59,292 bases of DNA from a virus (taxonomy: Duplodnaviria; Caudoviricetes), in IMG/VR virus record IMGVR_UViG_3300030708_002074, positions 1 through 59,292 of that record, one strand, 5' to 3'. The position numbers were made by a program, and so were the translations under genes. Below the pieces are notes generated by a model that made no database searches, was not told where the DNA came from, and saw only the letters and a list, made by a program, of their open reading frames with translations. How positions within the stretch are numbered: position 1 is the stretch's first letter; each line of letters starts with the position of its first letter. Shown here piece by piece: positions 54,971 to 59,292 of this stretch.

Positions 54971-56296
54971 ATGGCTGGACAATTCGCAAACAGCACTGCT
55001 GCGATTGATAACATTCTGACTCAGGAAGCTAATCGTATCGGTGACGACATTCACAAGGCAACCCTCCACACTTCACCGTGGATGGACCTTGTTAAACAGA
55101 GCGCATTCCCCGAGGGAATGGGCTATGAGCTTAACACTCTTATTTACGACAGGGCACTTCCACTGAAGAGCGGAACTCTCGGCACAGACCCTGTTCTTGG
55201 AGTCAACTGGAAAGCACTTCAGACTGGCACAGCCAGTAGTGCTGTTGGTTTCACTGACGGGCAGACTACCGCTAGTCAGGCTCTTAGCGCCGAAGGCAAA
55301 GCAACCATCGACTTCACCAAGAAGCTCAAAAGCTACAGCCTGAAAAAAGCTGTGGTCGAGTCTCCTCGGCTTAACGTCGAAGACCTACGTTATGCTGCTC
55401 ACCGTAATGATCAGCTCAGTGCGATCATGGACCTCATGCAAGAGTCCGTGCGTCACACTTGGGAGAATCGTTACCGCGACGAGTATGACCGCCTTGCTGA
55501 TAACTGCGTTCTTTGTAAGTCTGCTAGCACGACCTTTATCTCTTCTGTAGAGGACAAGCAGTCGTTCGTAGAAGACACTACCGATGGTTTGGCACAAGCT
55601 GGGTCTACCGTAAAGACTGGTGATCTTGACGCCAACAATGATGGAACTGGAGAACTGGAGCCTGATGCTAACATCTCCAACGCCATCATGGACAAGATTT
55701 ACTTTAAGCTTGTCCGCGCTGGCGCAGGTGCGAAGGCTTACGGTCGTGAGAACGGTCGTCCGATCTTCTCTGTGGTCATGTCTTCTGAGGCTTCTTATCA
55801 GCTCCAGACTGAATCCGGCTTCCGTGATGATGTCCGCTACAACAACGCTAAGGTTGGCGAGCTGATCGCACCCCTTGGAGTTGAGAAGTCCTTCCGTGGT
55901 TTCTACCACTTGGTTGACGATCTCACCACTCGTTATAAGAGTCGCGGAGGAGAGGCAAACACTCTCGTCAGAGTCGATCCTTATACTGTATCTGGTGGAG
56001 TTGTTATCCCGAACGCAGATTACGAAAGTGCTGAGTTTGAAGCCGCTTACGTTCTGGTAGACGATGTGATGGAGTCTTTGATCCCAGCACCCACAGCAAC
56101 TGCTCCGGGGCTGACCTTCGATCCCGTCAACTTTAAGGGCGAGTTTCGCTGGACCAACATCGCGGACGCAGAAATCAATCCAGATAAAACGATTGGTTTC
56201 TTCCGTGGCATCATGGCTAGTGCATCCAAGCCGATTAAGACTCAGTTTGGTTACGTTGTTATCTTCAAGAGAGACACCTCTACTGTTGCTGCCTAG
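54971..56296 (+). CDS. Major capsid protein
   Basis: 441 aa after the scaffold, with its own promoter and terminator and a strong C/T-ending codon bias. Confidence 0.8.
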   Translation: MAGQFANSTAAIDNILTQEANRIGDDIHKATLHTSPWMDLVKQSAFPEGMGYELNTLIYDRALPLKSGTLGTDPVLGVNWKALQTGTASSAVGFTDGQTTASQALSAEGKATIDFTKKLKSYSLKKAVVESPRLNVEDLRYAAHRNDQLSAIMDLMQESVRHTWENRYRDEYDRLADNCVLCKSASTTFISSVEDKQSFVEDTTDGLAQAGSTVKTGDLDANNDGTGELEPDANISNAIMDKIYFKLVRAGAGAKAYGRENGRPIFSVVMSSEASYQLQTESGFRDDVRYNNAKVGELIAPLGVEKSFRGFYHLVDDLTTRYKSRGGEANTLVRVDPYTVSGGVVIPNADYESAEFEAAYVLVDDVMESLIPAPTATAPGLTFDPVNFKGEFRWTNIADAEINPDKTIGFFRGIMASASKPIKTQFGYVVIFKRDTSTVAA

Positions 56297-56321
56297 TATC
56301 CCATAACACCCTAACATAGTT

Positions 56322-56364
56322 ATCCCGAACCCTGAATGACCCTTCGGGGTTCGGGATTTCTTTT
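56322..56364 (+). terminator. Intrinsic terminator after the capsid gene
   Basis: ATCCCGAACCCTGAA...TTCGGGGTTCGGGAT followed by TTCTTTT. Confidence 0.85.
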
Positions 56365-56370
56365 AGAGCT

Positions 56371-56922
56371 ATGCCGAACACGCCAAAAAGCGAAGACGAG
56401 ATGAGCTTTCTCGAAAGGATTCAATCTCTTATGAGTTTTGCTCCTGTTAAGATTGCTGAAATTAAAAGTGACCCACCTCCCTCTGGAGATGACGGTGAAG
56501 ACGAAGACGAAGAGTTTGAAGACTTCGATTCTCTTTCTCCTGAAGAAAAAGCTGCTTTTCAAGAGCGTAAAAAAGCAAGGAAGAATGATCCTGAGCTTCA
56601 AGCGCGAGTTGCAAAAACGGGAGCCGAGATGGAACGCAGCAGAGCCGAGCGTCGTGCAAGGTTAGGCAAAGGCCCAGCCCCTGAACCAGAGGTTGATGCT
56701 GAAGAAGCAGAAGCCCGAGGGGCAATGGAAACGGCAAAAGAGTTGTTCCAAACAACCCACGGCGGTGCTTTTGACCCTAAGTCTAAGACGGATCTCAGGA
56801 AAATGGGTGTAATTCAAAAGCTGATGGAATCAGGAGAAGATTTTGGAAATCTTGGTGGCGACAGCGACGAAGCCAAAAAAAACAGAACTAAGTTTGCACT
56901 TAAGATTTACCGAATGGGATAA
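56371..56922 (+). CDS. Hypothetical charged protein
   Basis: 183 aa in the structural block. Confidence 0.65.
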   Translation: MPNTPKSEDEMSFLERIQSLMSFAPVKIAEIKSDPPPSGDDGEDEDEEFEDFDSLSPEEKAAFQERKKARKNDPELQARVAKTGAEMERSRAERRARLGKGPAPEPEVDAEEAEARGAMETAKELFQTTHGGAFDPKSKTDLRKMGVIQKLMESGEDFGNLGGDSDEAKKNRTKFALKIYRMG

Positions 56923-57524
56923 TGGCAACAAACATTTCAGGATCTGTCTCTCTGGTGTATGGGTCGCATAGTCATAGCGAGAATTTTTCTACGACTGCTA
57001 CTACACTAGTCTACTCAAATAAATCTCATGAGTATGCTGCGGGGGCCGCTATTGCATTAGATGAGGGTGCAGCTCTTGATGTGGGGACCATAAACAGCCA
57101 TGAAGGTTTGTTGCTTATTAAAAACAACAATAACATCGGGTCTTTAAGTATCAGTGTAGACGGGGTTGCTTACGATATTAGTATCCCCGCAAAGGTGCCT
57201 AATCTTATTTCTGTAGGTCCAGACCACCCTATCAGTGTCAAATGCCCCAACGCCGATATTGACGGTAAAGGTATCACTTCGGCTTCAGCCGCTGGAGTTA
57301 TAACTTTAGATGACGCAGCTACTATTGGCACTGCTTACATGACAGCCGCGACGAACTCATCCGATACAAGCCCCTACATTGTAGAATTTGACACTACTAC
57401 TACTGGCATTGCCTACGAACTAGATGGTGTAACTAAAAAAGACCTCAGTTCGGTTTATGGTGGCACCACTACAGTTAATTTACAATACTTCGTTAAGTAT
57501 CGATACACTCTTACAGAGGCTTAA
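56922..57524 (+). CDS. Putative virion structural (decoration/tail) protein
   Basis: 200 aa, Thr/Ser/Ala beta-rich. Confidence 0.5.
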   Translation: MATNISGSVSLVYGSHSHSENFSTTATTLVYSNKSHEYAAGAAIALDEGAALDVGTINSHEGLLLIKNNNNIGSLSISVDGVAYDISIPAKVPNLISVGPDHPISVKCPNADIDGKGITSASAAGVITLDDAATIGTAYMTAATNSSDTSPYIVEFDTTTTGIAYELDGVTKKDLSSVYGGTTTVNLQYFVKYRYTLTEA

Positions 57525-57529
57525 TCAAA

Positions 57530-57934
57530 ATGGCCAACATCCAGTTACAGCGCGGACAACACCAGCAGATCGACGTTACGTTTAAAAACCCAGCGGGGAG
57601 TGTAATTGATCTTGCTGGTGGCGTTACTTACGATGCGGAGTTAGTGCTAAGGCAAAAAGAAAAAAACAAGTTTGCCGGTGCTGTTGTTGATGTTCTCAGG
57701 CATGGCACATCCAGCCCAGCACGCCCCGAGGCTGATAGCCGTATTACTTTTGCGTCTACCGCACCCAATATTTCCCTTAAGTGGAGCACTGCTCAAGCGA
57801 ATCTTTTACCGAATTCATCTCAAACTATTGCTGGGGACTTGAAGATAACACAAACTTCATCTGGATCTTTGCAGAACGAAGTAGTCTATCACATAAATCT
57901 TAAGTTTGATATCATCCCTGAAATTATAGAATAA
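57530..57934 (+). CDS. Putative fibre adaptor (BppU-like) protein
   Basis: IQLQRG...VTFKN...VIDL...ISLKWST...GDLKIT pattern; coupled to the fibre gene. Confidence 0.5.
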   Translation: MANIQLQRGQHQQIDVTFKNPAGSVIDLAGGVTYDAELVLRQKEKNKFAGAVVDVLRHGTSSPARPEADSRITFASTAPNISLKWSTAQANLLPNSSQTIAGDLKITQTSSGSLQNEVVYHINLKFDIIPEIIE

Positions 57935-59292
57935 TGTCTAATGAGTCAGTAACGATTACACAGACTACCAACTCAGTTTCTGCCACACAAACCACTGATT
58001 CGGTAACAGTAGTTTCTGAAGGGCCAGTAGGTCTAAATGCGGGGGGCACCATTGAAGGTGCCCTTAATCTTACTGGTGCGCTCACTGTTGGTGTTGACGG
58101 CACTGGCCACGACGTAAAGTTCTTCGGTGACACCGCTGGCAAATACATGCAGTGGGATCAGAGCGCCGATAAGTTGTTCGTCAATGGTGAGATTGAAGTC
58201 AATGGGACCGCCACCACTTTTAACTCAACCGTCATCACGATTGATGACCCGATCTTCACTCTTGGTGGTCAGCAGCGGACTGACGCGCTTGATGACTCAA
58301 AAGATCGCGGCATAGAATTCTTTTACCACGACGGTGCCCAGAAGACTGGCTTCATGGGTTACGACGACAGTGCAGATGCGTTTACATTCCTGACGAGCGC
58401 GACAAACTCAAACGAGGTCTTTAGTGGGACGGCTGCATCTGTCCAGATGGGCCATCTTAATTTCGTCGAGGGTTCCGGCGGTCAGATCCAGTTCAATGGG
58501 ACCGAAAAGATCAACATCGGCACAAACAATATCGGACTCCGTAAGCCTCTTTACGGCATGACTGGAACGGTTGACATCGGCCTTTCGAGCAATCCGTTTC
58601 GCGATGGTTATTTTAGTGGGGCGCTTAACGCAGGGTCTCTGGACATTTCAGGGGATGCTGACATCGACGGCACACTAGAAGCGGACGCGATTACTGTCGA
58701 TGGAGTCACACTATCCGAAACCATCGCAGATACGGTTGGCGCGATGGTGAGTGGTAATACTGAGTCTGGTATTACCGTCACGTATGATGACAGTGATAAC
58801 ACTTTAGATTTCGCACATAACGATACTTCGTCTGTGAGTTCCGCTGACCTTAGTGATGGGGTCGTAATTCAAGATCTCACGGTTGACACTTATGGCCATG
58901 TTACAGGCATCGGTTCGGTAAACTTAGATTCGCGGTTCCTTGCGTTGTCTGGTGGAAACATTGTGGGCAATGTGGACATCGATGGCGACCTATCTATAGA
59001 TGGGTCTCACCAGATTAAACTTGGGACGGGTAGTTCAGGTCTCCAGAGGAGAACAGATGCAAACCTTGAACTTGTTGTAAGTGACAACAGTGGCCAAATA
59101 AATCTTGTCACGCTAGGGAGTGCGGGAGGTAAAGCTGTTAATTTTAAAACCCACACTAGTAGCGCAGCTTCCGCTACTACTGTTGCTTCTGTTGATGAAT
59201 CTGGAAATTTTACTCTTTCAGGAGACCTTGACATCAGCGGAGACATCAACCTTGATGGTAATACTGAGAACCAGATATATTATGCCGGAACG
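57934..59292 (+). CDS. Tail fibre, N-terminal part (not in ORF track because it runs off the end)
   Basis: 453 open codons from ATG 57934: LTVGVDGTGHDVKFFGD, TIDDPIFTLGG, DRGIEF, SLDISGDADIDGTLEADAITV. Confidence 0.88.
   Translation, partial: MSNESVTITQTTNSVSATQTTDSVTVVSEGPVGLNAGGTIEGALNLTGALTVGVDGTGHDVKFFGDTAGKYMQWDQSADKLFVNGEIEVNGTATTFNSTVITIDDPIFTLGGQQRTDALDDSKDRGIEFFYHDGAQKTGFMGYDDSADAFTFLTSATNSNEVFSGTAASVQMGHLNFVEGSGGQIQFNGTEKINIGTNNIGLRKPLYGMTGTVDIGLSSNPFRDGYFSGALNAGSLDISGDADIDGTLEADAITVDGVTLSETIADTVGAMVSGNTESGITVTYDDSDNTLDFAHNDTSSVSSADLSDGVVIQDLTVDTYGHVTGIGSVNLDSRFLALSGGNIVGNVDIDGDLSIDGSHQIKLGTGSSGLQRRTDANLELVVSDNSGQINLVTLGSAGGKAVNFKTHTSSAASATTVASVDESGNFTLSGDLDISGDINLDGNTENQIYYAGT

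Noticed and set aside
55385-56317. 310-aa antisense ORF over the capsid gene, and similar shadow ORFs within the giant gene and portal
   Set aside because: Explained by the codon bias of the sense genes; no motifs or expression signals.
1-59292. tRNA genes, integrase/att sites, diversity-generating retroelement, stop-codon recoding
   Set aside because: No cloverleaf, recombinase or reverse-transcriptase motifs were seen by eye. TAA, TAG and TGA all end intact genes.

Overview
This window is almost certainly a complete, circularly permuted ~59.3 kb dsDNA tailed-phage genome with a podovirus-like gene set. A tail-fibre ORF runs off the right end and resumes in frame at base 1. There are four transcription blocks. 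(+) 48965 through the join to 10994: portal, scaffold, major capsid, tail/fibre, lysis (holin-like, spanin pair, amidase) and small basic proteins. (-) 18934-10957: HTH protein, RuvC, Cas4-like nuclease, SSB-like protein, PolA and primase-helicase. (+) 18961-36954: terminase large subunit and four cysteine-free putative ejection proteins, including a 4242-aa giant with two HExxH motifs. (-) 48550-36945: a putative early region with an AAA+/DUF3150-like/metallopeptidase-vWA module, an SF2 helicase and many orphans. I saw no integrase, RNA polymerase, tRNA or CRISPR array. The most unusual signals are non-coding. (1) The early region is punctuated like a gene-cassette array by 10 copies of a GGGTTAAC-GGGY-GTTAACCC palindrome, some inside ~75-93 bp mosaic repeats. 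(2) Six copies of a promoter-like element have a co-varying stem enclosing a near-invariant 9-nt loop. (3) The capsid-gene leader holds two identical 27-nt cores, each closed by a different stem, like a tandem aptamer. All product calls come from motif recognition by eye; no database search was run.
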